62,948 nucleotides of DNA, filler included, from Ministeria vibrans ATCC 50519 (GCA_943704425.1; 11 parts of 11 records of this genome joined end to end with filler, not necessarily neighbours in it); one strand, 5' to 3'. Positions 1 to 15,225 are shown, numbered from the whole stretch's first letter. Program-made: numbers and translations. The notes: generated by a model not told the origin, from the letters alone.

Positions 1-62
<62 letters not shown>

Positions 63-86
63 CGAGAACCCAAACACTCTACTTAG

Positions 87-825
87 GTTGGCAGCGAGCG
101 GTACATTGAGGCAGGGTTTCTGGCGAATAAGAACACGCCTGTGCTGCACACACACGACCGCTACGGCAATCGCATCGATCGCGTTGACTTCCATCCTGCC
201 TACCACGACTTGATGGCGCTGGGTATTCGCCACGGAGTGCACAACCTCGCGTGGCGGCACGAGACGTTGGCGGGAAATCATGTGGCACGCGCTGCAACGC
301 TGTACTTGCTCAGCCAGAGTGAGAGTGGTGTTGGCTGCCCCATGTCCATGACATACGCTGGATTACCTGTCTTACGCGAGCAACCGACAATTGCAGCCGA
401 GTGGGAGCCGCGTCTGCTCTCGACCGAGTATGACAAGCGCTACCTTCCGGCATCGGAGAAGAAGGGAGCCATCATCGGCATGGTACGTGACTCCTCTGAA
501 GCGTATTGGAAAGGGGGGGGGAGGGGAGAGGGCAGTGACACTTCCCTATTTCAGGCCATGACCGAGAAACAAGGTGGTTCTGACGTGCGCGCAAACACGA
601 CGCAAGCATCGGCGACAAACGAAGACGGCACGTACACGCTGCGGGGTCACAAGTGGTTCTGCTCTGCGCCCATGTCCGATGCGTTTCTCACCCTGGCACA
701 CACTCCACGCGGCCTCTCGTGCTTCTTTGTCCCACGCTTCCGCCCTGACGACTCACTCAACACAATGCGCATCATGCGTCTCAAAGGTGCCTCCCCCCCC
801 TTTTTTTCTTCTTCTTTTCTTTCTT

Positions 826-863
<38 letters not shown>

Positions 864-1969
864 TTTCTCTTTTCCTCTGACTGAATGGGATGTTTTGGTG
901 TCGTCTTTCTTTTTGCTCCCTTTAGACAAGCTGGGCAACCGGAGTAACGCAAGCAGTGAGATTGAATATGAGGATGCGTGGGCACAGCTGGTGGGGCCGG
1001 AGGGCAAGGGCGTGCGCACTATCATCCAGATGGTTCACCACACACGCCTGGACTGTCTCGTTGGCTGTGCGGCTCTTATGCGCTTCTCCACTGCACACGT
1101 GCGCGCGAGAGAGGGGAAGAATGACTGGTCTAATTTATTGTGTGTTTACACATAGGCGATCCATCATGGACAGGGGCGGCGTGCGTTTGGAGCGCGATTG
1201 AGCGAGCACAGTCTGATGCAAAATGTGCTCGCAGATCTGGCGGTGGAGAGCGAGGCGGCGGTGTGGCTCATGGGGCGCGTTGCAAGGTCCTTTGGACGCG
1301 CTGCCAGCGAGCACGAGCGCGCCTTCAGTCGCATTGCGACGCCCGTTGCCAAGTACTGGATTTGCAAGCGCACTCCGGGGGTTGTTGGTGAGGCGCTCGA
1401 GTGCCATGGCGGCGCAGGCTATGTCGAGGACTTCCCTCTCGCGTACGTGTGTGCTCTCGCCCTCTCTGTTTCTCATGCTCGCTCTCTTCTCTTAGGCGGG
1501 CGTATCGTGAGGCGCCTCTCAATGGCATTTGGGAGGGCAGTGGCAATGTCATGTGCCTTGATGTGTTGCGTGCTCTCAAGACGGACAGCGCGTGTGCTCC
1601 GGCACTCATCGCCGAACTTAATGTACGACAGTAATATTCATAGTTGATTCCCTCGTTTCAACCCGTGTGTTGTAGAAAGCCAGGGGAGCAGACAGCCGAC
1701 TGGACAACGTCATTGACAGTGTAGCGAGCACACTGAGTGGCGCGGAGCCGACGCGCGATTTACAGTACACTGCACGTTCGCTCGTCGAGCACATTGCCAT
1801 TGCGCTGCAGGGTGCCGAGCTGTGCGCCAATGCACCCGAAGAAGTCTCCCGCACCTGGCTGGCCACGCGCCTTGCTCCTCGTCTCGTCTCCACCGGTGTC
1901 TACGGCACCCAGCCCGGCGCTGTTGGCGATGATGTTGCCGTGATTGCTCGCGCTGCGGTGCACCAATGA
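87..1969 (+). CDS. aidB: AidB-like acyl-CoA dehydrogenase, 5' part missing, at least 6 exons
   Basis: Spliced product contains LHTHDRYGNRIDRVDFHPAYHDLM, GCPMSMT, MTEKQGGSDV, GHKWFCSAPMSDAF, KLGNRSNASSEIEY, KYWICKR, EALECHGGAGYVE and REAPLNGIWEGSGNVMCLD. GT-AG introns at ~483-555, 788-924, 1099-1156, 1442-1495 and 1623-1675. Confidence 0.9.
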
Positions 1970-2080
1970 ACAATAAATGAACCAACTTGAACTTAATACC
2001 ACACACAAACGTGAAACAGTCAAAACTGAAAACTTAAAGTTAAAAGTTAAAACAGTTTTTTATTCAACGCAACATTAGCA

Positions 2081-3300
<1,220 letters not shown>

Positions 3301-3372
3301 ACAAACTAGCCACCACAAACACCCACCACCACTAGTCTTTCTTTAAATACACATAACTACTACATATCTCCT

Positions 3373-3919
3373 TCATTTTTGATTCGGATCCTCTTTGGGC
3401 GGAAACAAAGAGGCACCAAGTTTGCCTGGTCCCAAGTCGCTCATGTAGAGTCCCCCCATCATGGCGACGACAGTGAGAAACTGAGAGGCAATGCGCGCCC
3501 TCATCCAAAACTGCTGTGCCCACATATCGCGCTTGCCCATCGATCGAATTCCCATCGCCAAAATGCCCGTAGTCGTAATTAGCCCTACACAGCGGTTAAA
3601 AGAGAGTAAGCTCCGTAGAAAAGAATCGAGCAGGACGAATGACAAATGTTGCTCAAATCACACTTTCTCCTTCCTCTCCTCTGTCACTTTGTTTCTCTCT
3701 GCCTGCGTCCCTCTGGAGTGTACCTAGTGGAACCAGAGGATTCTCCTTGACAAGGCGCGTGAGCTTGCCGGGCACCGTGTCGCGAATGGGCGGGTACCAG
3801 TCGTCGTCCTCCTCCTCCATGAACAGCTCTTCTTTGTCACGAGCGTCCGCCTCCTCTTCACGTCTCTGTCGCGCGTCTCCCCCTCCAATTAGCTGCCGCA
3901 CCTTGTCGTCATTGGACAT
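3373..3919 (-). CDS. HIG1-domain mitochondrial protein (HIGD2A/Rcf1-like)
   Basis: KLTRLVKENPLVPLG|LITTTGILAMG...QQFWMRARIASQFLTVVAM; intron 3723-3585. Confidence 0.9.
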
Positions 3920-4109
3920 ATTGGTGCTAATGCTTGACAGACAAACAATACTATTGTCTATTTTAAAAGTGCCAAGTGGTGAAAGTTGACTACTCAGTTA
4001 ACAGTTTAATAAGTTTCTTTGCTGAACTGAGCGATCAGTTGACAAACGAACGATCAGCCGTCAGCTCCCAGCGTCCAGCGACCACTCTTTTCGCGCAAAT
4101 CAATTCAAG

Positions 4110-6748
4110 ATGACTGCAGAGACCGACTGGTCTTTCCTTCAGGCGTTTGGCGACAAAACGAGCGTCGAAGAAGTTTCTGATGGTAAAATCGAAGTTTCCC
4201 GCTTGTTCGCACTCGCCCGCTTGCTCGCGGCCCCGCCGTCCCACTCATCATGCTCGACACGTGTTTCTTGACGTGAAATCGTACACTGGGCCACGCGTGG
4301 TGCGCTGGAAAGCAGACGTTAAGCGACAGAATGAAAAAACCCCCTAACTCGCCGTACACGTCCGTACGCTACACGTTTGCGCTCTGAATTGCGCACACCC
4401 CCCTCGAATACCCGTCGTGCGCCTCGCTTCCGTCCCTGAATCAACGTGAAGCAAGTTCCGACATGCCCAAAATCTCGTTTTTTTCTGTTTTCCGCCTTCG
4501 CCTTGCCGCCCTCCACCCGCCTCAGGCGCCTCCTCGGGTGTTTCGCCTTTGCGCAACCCGCCCAAACGCATGTGCGTCGCTGCCCCGTCCCCCCCGCAGC
4601 CCGCGGCATCGCCCCCCGCTGCGCACAGTCTCCTGACGTGTTTCAAAAAAAAATTAAAAAAGTGGAGAGAGCACACACTAACCAACTGCCTTGTCTTGTT
4701 TCCTTGGCCCGCGTGCGTCCGCCGTGTCCAGCCGACGTCATTTCCACTGTAGAGTTTTCCCCCGACGGCGAGTTTCTCGCCAGTGGCGACAAAGGCGGTC
4801 GGATTGTGCTCTTCCAGCGCGACGAGGCCGTACGCCGCTCCCTTTCCCCTCACCCCGCCCCACCACCCACCCTCCCTTTCTTTCCTTGTCGATCTGCCTC
4901 CTACCTTTCTGACTTCTCTTTGTATTTTGCTTGTTTCCGTTTTTTTTTTTTTTTCTTCCAACAGACCAACGAATTTCACTTTTACACCGAATTCCAAAGC
5001 CACGAGTCTGAATTCGACTACCTCAAGTCGTTGGAGATTGAAGAGAAGATCAACAAAATCAAGTGGGTACCGCAGCACAACATGACGCGCTCCCTGCTCT
5101 CCACAAACGGTATGTCTTGTTGTTTCATTTTCTCTCTCTCTCTCTTTTCTCACTCGGTTTGTTTTGTTTTTTTTTTTTGTTTTTTTTTGGTGCTTTGCAC
5201 TACAGACAAAACGATCAAGTTGTGGAAGGTGTACGAAAAGGACATTCGACAGGTGACGGACACGAACCTAGAGCGAACGCGCGACCCGTCGTCCGTCACT
5301 TCCATCCGGATCCCCAAACTGCGTGTCATGGAGACGGCCGTGGCTGCCGTGCAGAAGCATGTGTATGCCAACGCACACGCTTATCACATCAACTCCGTGT
5401 CCATCAATTCCGATGGCGAGACGTTCATCTCTGGTACTTAAAAAAAAGGAAGGGACGAAAAAAGAAAGAAGACTCTAACCCTGATCTTTTTTTTTTTTTT
5501 TTGTTGACTCTTTTTAGCTGATGATTTGCGAATCAATCTGTGGAATCTGAATATTACGGACCAGAGTTTCAACATTGTAGACATCAAGCCGTCGAACATG
5601 GAGGAACTGACGGAAGTCATCACGGCCGCCGAGTTTCACCCACGAAGTTGCAATATTCTCATGTACAGTAGCAGCAAGGGCACCATTAAACTGTGCGATC
5701 AGCGCCAGGCTGCGCTCTGTGATCAGCACGCAAAAGGTGCGGAGAAACAGGAAGAAAAGCGCAGTGTTTATCACAAACAAATTAATTATTATTCCTACTA
5801 TTATTACATTTCTATCCGCTCGTATTTTCTTGATTTGCATTGTTACACTTGTCTATTTCTATTTTATTTTCTCACCTTATGTTCTGTCTTGCTCTTTAGC
5901 GTTTGAAGAGGAAGAGGACACGGCGAACAAGTCGTTCTTCTCGGAAATCATCTCTTCCATCTCGGACGTGCGCTTCAGCAATAGTGGGCGCTACATCATG
6001 TCGCGCGACTACCTCACCATCAAGATTTGGGACATCAACATGGAGAACAAGCCGGTGCAGACCTTCCAGATCCATGAACATCTCCGCAACAAACTCTGTG
6101 ATCTCTACGAAAACGACTGCATCTTTGACAAGTTTGAGTGCTGTTGGAGCGGCAATGATGAGTAAGAGATACCCAACCCTATCTTACTCTCCAGTATCTA
6201 ATAACATTATTTTCCTTCTCGTGTTGTTCTTTCTTCCCCCTCTATCACTTGACTTTGTCTCTTCCAATCACTTTGTTTCTTCCTCCCTCTATTACTTTTT
6301 TCTCCCTCCTTCTCTTTCTCCTCAAGGCAACTCGTCACCGGCTCCTACCACAACTTCTTCCACATTTTTGATCGCAACGGGACTGACAATTGTGCCCTGG
6401 AGGCGACCAAAACAGCCAAGAAACAGTCCTCGCGTGGAATGCTTTCGCCCAAGAAGCTCATTGGTCGAAAGAACAAAAAGGTACGCCCGTAATCATTTTT
6501 CAAACACTTTTCTTATCCTCTCTTGCTTTCATTTCTTATTTTTCTCTCTCTCTCTTTTTCTTTCTATCTACCCCTTTTATATCTCTCTGTCTCTCTCTGT
6601 GTGTTAGGCGGAGGAAATCAATGTTGACAACATCGACTTTGCGCGCAAGTGTCTGCATCTCACGTGGCACCCACAGCAGAAGCTCGTGGCTGTCGCCGCC
6701 ACCAACAACCTCTTCATCTACCACAAGCCCGGATTTCCCGTCAAGTAG
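4110..6748 (+). CDS. PPP2R2: PP2A regulatory subunit B55 (WD40; Cdc55/twins)
   Basis: DVISTVEF...[115 protein letters not shown]; about 8 exons. Confidence 0.98.
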
Positions 6749-6977
6749 TCGTCCGTCCCTCGTCTCATTCTCCTCGGTCGCTCTTTAATTGTTTCACTCA
6801 CTATTTTCCTCGTCCTTCTTACTTCTCCCCATTGTCCCCCCCTCCCCCCATTTCTTACTCCCCGTCCTCCCCAGAAAATCACAAAAAAAAGAAACTAAAA
6901 ATGAAGTCTGTACTATACCACAATGGAACGAGAACAAGCCAACAAAGAGAAATCTGTGTGTGCGTATGTGCATCACA

Positions 6978-8161
6978 TCAAGCGTCATTGTTGTCGTCGT
7001 CGTCGTTGTCGTCGTCGTCGTTGTCGTTGCCGTTGCTTGCATCTCCTCCCTTCTTCTTGCGGTTCTTCTTGCGCTTCTTCTTCTTGCGGTTGGTCACGCC
7101 TTCTCCGGTACATGGCCCGCCCTCAACAGACTCCTCTTCTGCCTTTGTTTCGGCTGCCATCAATTCGCCCAACACTTCTTCTTTGCTGAGTGGTCGCTTG
7201 CCCACACCGAGACACTGAGCAACTACAGAAAAAAAAAAGAAAAAAAAAATTAAGAGTGAGAGAGAGAGGGAAGCAGGAAGACAAGTAGAGTAGTTTTGAG
7301 TACAATGAGAATGGACGCCGACGGGATCGTCGACGTCGGTCTCGTCGGTAACCACAATGGGCAAAACTGCGTCTCCAGGCCCCACATGAACTGTCGCTGG
7401 CTTGGCGTCGAGTGTCCCGCGCAATTTGCTTCGGTCATATGCCATGGTGCGCATTGTCTCGTCCCGCAAACGCGGCTCAAAGTCGCTCCAGCCCTGGGTG
7501 CGCTCCAGTACGCCCCGTACGTACCCGTCCGCCGGCTCCTGCTCGGCACTCAGTCGCAGAACGTTGCACATGAGCAAGATGAATCCGCGCCCGCCTATTG
7601 AAGTGAGGCAAAAAAAAAATTACATGCGTCGTTGTGCTTGCGTTCCTTTACTTGAGGGTTCTGCGTCAGTGTAAGCGGAAATCATGCGGGAGACAAGCTT
7701 GGACTTGCTGAGGAGTGGGCGCAGTGTGGGTAGATGGCCTGCGCGCAAAGCAAAGCGGAATATCCGGTAGAACTGTGCTTGGTAAAGGTTGTTGTGGCTA
7801 AATGCGAAACAAACAAACGGACAAACAAAAAAGGGGAACAGAGATGAGCGTGTAAATACATGATGTGAGCATGAATGAGCGGACCGATAGTCAATGAAAA
7901 GCGATGAAAGCATCTTCCAGATGCTCTGAGGCAAGGCATCAAGCAACTGTGTGGCCTGTGCGCTCGTGAGGGCACGCTCGATGAAGCGTGTCAAAGAACT
8001 CACCAGACACACCAAAGCCATGCGCAAAGTGGAGAACGACGGCACAGAGTAAGCACTCAGTTTGATCCTACGAGATGACAGAGAAAAAACACCAAGTGAG
8101 AGAGTGAGTGTGTCGGTATGCAAGTTTTTGTAGTGTGTGCTTGGTTGTCTAATGGTGGGGG

Positions 8162-8197
<36 letters not shown>

Positions 8198-9788
8198 TGA
8201 GTCGCGTTTCAGCGCGAGTGATACCCACGTACGTTTCCATTCGTGAAGGGGCAAATGTATTGAGTCGGCGACACAGTTCGGGCATTTCCTGCAAAAGCAC
8301 ATCAAAGAGACGAGCGTGTCCAAGTGCAGAGATGGGCGGAAGTTCAGGACGAGGTGGGGGGAGCCGGTTGGTGCCTGCGGGGGCAGTCTGAACGCCACTT
8401 GGAGCAGGACCACAGCTACGAAAGAAAGGATGAGAAAACAATGCCAACAATAAGACGGACGTGATACCTTGCGTCCAGGACCAAGGCAATGGCCTCGAGA
8501 GCCGTCACCTGCTGCTCGTGTGCGCCGGCGGGCGTGTCCGTTGCCACGGCGTGCATTAGCTCACCCAGCCAGCGCAGTGCCTCATCTCCCTCTGCAACTC
8601 CCTCCAAAATTCCATCTGTGCCTTCCACCTCAAGATGAAATATGCTCCACAGGTCGTAACTTTCCACGATGCGCTGCAGAGCGTCAAACAGGGCACGACT
8701 CACATTCTCATCTACAAAAAAAAAAAACGCTTTCAGTGAGGTGAACAACATCAAAGCACTTTGTACATTCCGGCTTGAGAATAGCATAGGCAATGCGACG
8801 GATGACATTTTGGTCGGCAAAGGTGAAACACTCGACGAGCCAACGCTGTCGCTTGCGACCACACGCACAGCCAAGGACGTCTACGAGCGCCTGCATGACG
8901 GGCGCCTCGTGTAGGAAGTGTGTCATGCGCGACAGTGTTCGTCGTTTCTGCGCCAAAAGCGCCTTGGCCGTCTCCTCGCCAAAGTGTTTCAAGAGATGGC
9001 TCAAAAGTGCCTGGAAATGCGCAAAGGATCCGTGGGCGTCCGAGTCGAAGACGGAAAAGAGTTCGCCCACAATAGCGCCGATGTGTACGTCAATGAGCTC
9101 ACCCGAAGTCGCAGCATTCTGCGTCAACACCCGAATCACCTGGTAGGATCTTCTCATGGCGGCGCTCGGCACGGAGCCGTGATCGCGCACGACGCTCGTC
9201 GCGAGTGTTTTGTCATGCTCGTCAGGACCAGTCGCTGTGCCACAACTTCGACTCACATACCGTATCAGGGCACGACACTCGCCCTCCTTCTTTATAAGCG
9301 TCTCCAGCAACGTTCGACGCAGTACAGGGTGTGGTGAGTCCAAGAGTGCATTGAGTTGGCTGAAAAGAGGAAACGTTATAATATTATTCATAAAACGCGC
9401 GTTTGTGTTTCTGCGTACCTTCGCGTCCGCTCCGCATCCTCCAAGGGGATTCCAGTAAAGACAGCTTGTTCGTTGTCCACAGCGTCGGCCGCCACAACAT
9501 CCGCACTGAGCGGAGAGGTCCGAAAAAGAAGACAAAACGAACCGATCATCAGTGAGCCACGAATGCGGCGCCGCGTTCGCTGCGGTGCGCCAGTGGGTGC
9601 TAGAGCATGCGTCAACCACTCCGATTACCTTGTGGCTCCGGCCGCTGCGTCGCTGGCATCGTCAGTAAGGCTCCAGGTCTTATACTACAAGCAGACTTGT
9701 CAGTTGCGTTGAGAGTCTCAAAGCAAATTCGTACATGCGACGATCCAGCATCACCAGCCAGCCACGGGGCTTCTTCTTCGTCACTCAT
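6978..9788 (-). CDS. Helical-repeat protein, probably a divergent SAPS/PP6 regulatory subunit-like protein, multi-exon
   Basis: Amphipathic helical exons (ALIRYVSR, RRSYQVIRVL, SFAHFQALLSHLL, NNLYQAQFYRIF, SKLVSRMISAY, GFILLMCNVLRL, GWSDF) recall the SAPS domain; basic/acidic tail; GT-AG introns. Confidence 0.55.
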
Positions 9789-9908
9789 GATCTCAACTCA
9801 AAGCGGCTGCAGAGGAAAGCAATAAATTTGTTTTGTAAATTGTAACTTTTGATTTTTCTTCTTATTCAATATTAAAAATAATATTATTTTTATTAGGGTC
9901 TAAGGAAA

Positions 9909-9942
<34 letters not shown>

Positions 9943-10072
9943 TTGATAATAAAAAATAAAAATTATTTTATTATTATTATTAAAAGTTTGAAGCAGAACG
10001 TCATTAATTTCATCGTTCATTTTTCGTTTTCTCTCTCCCTCCTCTCTCTCTCTCTCTCAGACACAACAATTC

Positions 10073-11103
10073 TCACGTAGCTGCGTTGACACCGGCAACA
10101 CAGACACGTGCCATGACAACTTGGAGCGCCTGGCGGGCCGTTAAAGCGTCGCGCGCCTCGGCAAGCCAATCTTGTGCAATGCGTCGCGGATATCCCGTGA
10201 GCTGGTTGAGCTGGCGCGTGGCTCCATCGAGATCATCCTGCGCAAGACAGTAACGAGTGCGTGCAAGCACAGCATCAACCGAATCGCCCTCAGTCCAACC
10301 CTGTGGCGCAAAGGTCATGGCGGCGGCAAAGACGGAGACAGCGTGGGCCCACACACCGCCCTCGTCGGGCACAAAGGCGGCACGGCGTGCCTGGTGCGCA
10401 ACCGTCTCGAAACGACGCGTCAGTGCCGCCATGGTTGACACACCACGGTGCATGGCACGGTCGGGAACGGAGCGCAAACACACATCGAGCAAGGGATCGC
10501 CTCCAGCAGCCACAAGTGCCGCATCGACAGCCGGCTGCATGGGGCGTCCCTCGGCGAGAGCTGACTCCATCTCGAGCGATGCCAACCACAGGCGCTGGGC
10601 AAACACTTGCTGCTCATGAGCCTGTCGGTGGTCAAATAGAACCGTCTCAACGGCCTTGACGCGCGCAAAAAGACTCTCGAGCACATGCATACGGTTAACC
10701 CGCTCGCCGTGCAGTCGGCGCAGCAGCTCGACCTGGTAGTGCTGGCGCGACAGCTCTGACGCTGCCTCCACCTCGCGCGCACTTTGCTCGCGCCACGACC
10801 GCTCCTGGTGCTCCAACTGCGTCTGCAGCTGTTCCGCATTGCGCTGTCTCTCCACCTCGGCGTGCTCGTCGGCATCGTGCTCCACCGTGCGACGGATTCG
10901 CGCGGCCGTCACGCGGATCTGCTCCTGCATCTCTCGTCGGACCACATCCAACGCACTCTGCACCAGCTCCTCATCGTACTCGCGCGCACTCCGCAGCTCA
11001 TCCTCAATCTTCACGAGATGCCGCTGCGTCTTCACCAACAAAGATCGGTCCTCCACACTGCTCTCGTTCTCCTCGCACATCTAAAAAAAAAAAAAAAAAA
11101 AAA

Positions 11104-11141
<38 letters not shown>

Positions 11142-12651
11142 AACCAACCAACAAGAATTAGAAAGAATAGATTACAAGAGCAACACGAGTTGATTTTGAA
11201 CAGACTGAGAGGGAATTGATGAATCCTGTACCTCAGTGGCAATCTCTTGAAGAACAATAATCTGCTCACGAAGTTCGTCGGCAAGGGCGCGCATTTGCTC
11301 GGCGTTGGCCGTGCGCATCTGCTCTGCATCTCGCTTGAGCATGCGCAGTCGGTCCCGCACGAGTATGTACGCAGCGCGCTCCACCGCATCGGCGCTCACG
11401 GGTGCCTCGGATGCCTCATCCACAACAGCATTCTCTTGTACGGGCTCGACAGGTGCTTGCTCCGGATCGATAGGAGCCGTTGCAGGCTCGCTGGGTGCGG
11501 GGACAGGCTCGATGTCGTGTGTCACGGTGGGCTCGGGGGTCGTGGCGGGAGCAACTTCGACGGGATATGCAAGGTTCGCTTGCTCCTCGCGTTGCACCGA
11601 CGCAACTTCGTCGACAATTTCAGTTGCACTCGCGGCCACACTTGGTGACGGTATCTCTGTGGCGACTGCAGAAAGTTCCGGTACTTGTGCGCTCTCAGTC
11701 GGCGAGACATCGGCTGTCACATCGGCTGTCACATCGGCTGTCACATCGGCTCCATGCGATGCTCCTGCAACCACCGCTGATGCTGTGGCTGCAATATCTG
11801 TCGACACTTCAGCAACAGCCGCCAATGACTCGGACGGGGTCTGAGTCACGGCAACAGCAGCAGCAGCAACACCAACAGCAGAGTCAGCGTCCTCAATGTC
11901 CGTCTTCTTCTTCTTCTTTCGTCTTCGCTTCTTTCCAGTCGTCTCCGTCGTCGCGCCCGTCTCCTGCTCCGCCTTGATAGTCTGCGACTCGGTGACGGCG
12001 GCACTCTCGCCCGAAGCAACATTCGACTCGGACGCAGGTACCTCTGGCGTGGTCTCGTCCACAGACTGGGTATCGAGTTGGTTCGGGTCGGTTGTTGATT
12101 CTGTAGCTGTAGTTGATGTCGTCGAGGGCGTCTCAGCGACAGCCTCTGGCGTAGCTGATGCTTCTTCTTCTCGCCCTGCTACTACCGCTCCTACTTCTTC
12201 TTCTCCTGCCAAGGCTACCGCCTGATTGTCTTTTGAGGGAGGTGCAGCGGTGACAGATTCGCTGGCGGCCACGGGCGCTTCGGCAACGGGCGCGGTAGAG
12301 AGGGACTCATCCAGCGGGGCCATGGGCGACTCGATGGGCTTGGGTCTCTCGTAGACGATCGGCGCCAGTACAGGGGGAGCAGGCGGAGCGTGCATGGCAA
12401 CCTCTCGGGGGAAGACGGTGTCGAGGAGGGGCTTGGCCAGGGGAAGGTACTCTTCGGAGACTTCACGGATGGCCTCGTTCTGAGACGAGCCTGCAATTGC
12501 ACCGGCGTAGAGCAGCGACGAGACGGCGACTGCGCGAAACAGCACCTTGCCAGCGCCTCCACCAGACGATCCTCCTCCCGATTTGCCCGCCTCGGGTGCC
12601 TTGGGTGTCACCATTTCGCGGAATTTGCTGAAACAAAAGATGTCAAATGTC

Positions 12652-12685
<34 letters not shown>

Positions 12686-12927
12686 TCCGATCACATCTCA
12701 GGGTTTGCAGGCGCACTCCCCGAGCCACTCGACGAGGATCCTTCAGCCTTCACAGGCTTCGACGCCTCTGACGGGGCTCTGGCGTCCGTGACGTTCTTGT
12801 TGCGCGCCTGTGAGAGCTGCGCGCGCACCGACACCGGCTCACGCCCTCCCCCGCCGCTTCCGCGCTGGCCGTGCACGCTTTCAACGGTAGAGTACGCTCG
12901 ACGCGTAAGTCTCGCCGTGCGATGCAT
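10073..12927 (-). CDS. IMMT: MICOS subunit Mic60/mitofilin
   Basis: Arg-rich presequence MHRTARLTRRAYS, a TM segment, long low-complexity and coiled-coil region, and C-terminal mitofilin domain (VDAVLARTRYCLAQDDLDGATRQLNQLTGYPRRIAQDWLAEAR). Confidence 0.93.
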
Positions 12928-13102
12928 TTCAATAATTTGTATGAATAGAATATAGATTAATTCATTTCTATTCAGAAATAAATCAGAAGTGAGAACTTGT
13001 CTTAGTTTTTTTTCTGTTTTTGAAATTCTTATTCAAAGTTTTCAAACCTTTTTTAAAACGTCCGTCTGAATCGCTGAGCATTGCGTCCCTGCACGCGTAC
13101 GG

Positions 13103-14736
13103 ATGAGTGCAAAAAAAAAGTTCCACTATGACGAGGCATCGTTCAAACGCGAGTCGGGCACGCTAGTGAGCATTCCGGTTGAGCCTGACCGACAGCCTAT
13201 GGCTCGCAATTTGTCTGCCGATGCCGATTTGCGCTTTGCCGAGGTTGCCGCGGTCGCTGAGTTCATGACACCCGAGACAGCCGATTGGAATGATGTCGTG
13301 TTTGGTGCGGCTGCGCTCGCCGACCTGCCGACGTCGCCAGCAACGCCCTCCAAAGTGGCTGTGCCCGAACGGCGTATCAGCTACGGCTCCCGCTCGCTGC
13401 CGGACACGCCTGAGCCCGACAAACACAAGAACAGGTCGCTGCGCGTGCGTATGGTGAAGCAGCAGCGCAAGCAGCTGCGCCGTAGCTCGTCCCACGAACT
13501 CATTACGGTCCCGTCGCCGTCGTCGTCGCCCCTCGACGACAGCACCCACTCGCTGGCACCCGAGGCGCCTCTCCGCGATCTTTCGCTTGCCACCACCACC
13601 ACCACCACCAAGACGACCAAGACGCCCGACAGTCCCGCTGCGCCCCCCGTGCCCCTTCGCACTGAGAGCAGCAAGACAGGTCGCTTTGCCACCATGGGCC
13701 CCAAAATGCTCGTCAAGGGCAAACAGCGCGCCTCCATTGACCAGAGTGTCACATCTCCAAAGCGTTCGGTACACCATGTTATTCACCCCTCCTTTGTTTC
13801 TTTCTCTTCTCTTGATCACTTTGTTTGTTTCTCTCGAATTCGCCACGTCTCTCTGTGTTTCTTCTCATTTTGTTGGTTTCTCTAATTCTGTTTGTCATTT
13901 GTTTGTTTCTCTCTCCTTTGTCCATCTCTTTGTTTCTTTCTTCCCATTCTGTATCTCTTTGTTTCTTTCTCTCTTTTTCTGTTTGTCACTTTCTTTGTAT
14001 CTCTCTTCTTTGTCCATCTCTTTGTTTGTTTTTCTCTAACGCTGTTTGTCACTTTCTTTGTTTCTCTCTCCTTTCTGAATCACGTTTTGTTTCTCCATCT
14101 TTGTTTTTTTGTTGTTTTTTTTTTACTCTTGTAGCATGCACCCCTTCGCGCTCAAAAATCGGAACCCCTCTCACCAGACACACATCGTCGATCTCTCATG
14201 TCGCGACTGCTGGGGCGAACCCCCAAGGAGGAAGGACCCTCTGCCAAGGCCAAGGCTCCGCCGGCGTTGACGCCGACATCGCCGTCACGCACGCGCCCCC
14301 CATTGCCTCCGACACCGATCACGCCAACGACGCCGCAGCCGGACACACCCGACTACACGCCGAAACAACACAAGGCCGTCGGCGAAGCGCGTCGTCAGCC
14401 CAGTCGTAGACGCAGTGCCTCACTGGGAAGTATCACACAAGACCTCGATCGCACCGCCGAATATGCTCACCTGGTGTTTCCTCTTCCAAAGGAGTACGTT
14501 GATTTCAAAAATATGTCAATTGTTTTGCGTTTAGCATTGTTTGTCTGACCCTTGGGCTGTTTGTTTTGTTTGTCTTATGTAGTAGCCCTCCTCTGCACCA
14601 AAAGGGGCGCCCCCTTCCGCCTGTTCCCGCCGGAGGGTCACACGGCGCGTCGTACACAGCCAAGGAGGCAGAACATCGCGTTTGTCGAAACCCCGAGCTC
14701 TATCAGGAGCCCGTTGTATATGCTAGTATGAAATAA
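13103..14736 (+). CDS. Disordered Pro/Ser/Thr-rich protein with SH3-ligand and Tyr motifs, 3 exons
   Basis: Exons ~13103-13768, 14135-14493 and 14583-14736; motifs PPVPLR, RPPLPPTP, RPLPPVP, EYAHL and VVYASM. Confidence 0.65.
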
Positions 14737-15225
14737 ACCACAAAATAAGTGATATATGTACAAGTGAATGAGAGCAGCGGTGGGACCGTAGGAGCAGTGT
14801 TCACACGATCAATTCAACCAATCTATAAAATTGGGAAAACGTATGTTTTCCTTGTCTCTCTCTGAACTTATTCACCTTCAGTTTTATACACACTTTCACT
14901 TTGTTCCCGTTGTTCGTTCCTCTCTACTTCGTTTGTGACTTTGTGTTGTCGACCAACCCCGATCGTTGCGGATGAAGGACGGCTCGCGCCAGCCACGCAC
15001 GCTCGCAGACGGGTACACTTGGGATGTCCTTGGTTGCGCCAACCCCTTGCGATTGCCGCTGCTGCACTCTCTCCGCGTCTCATTTGCCCATGCACCTACG
15101 CACCCATCCACTCGCTGCCCCGCCGGCATCTGACCTCCCCCTGCCATATTAATTTAATTGCTTCTCCTGTCGATTCGTGTCGAAAACGCGCGCTCAACTC
15201 TATCTTTTTATTTTTCGCTCTACAG

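Noticed and set aside
11706-11751. 12-bp coding repeat (ADVT)n in Mic60
   Set aside because: Ordinary slippage in a low-complexity linker.
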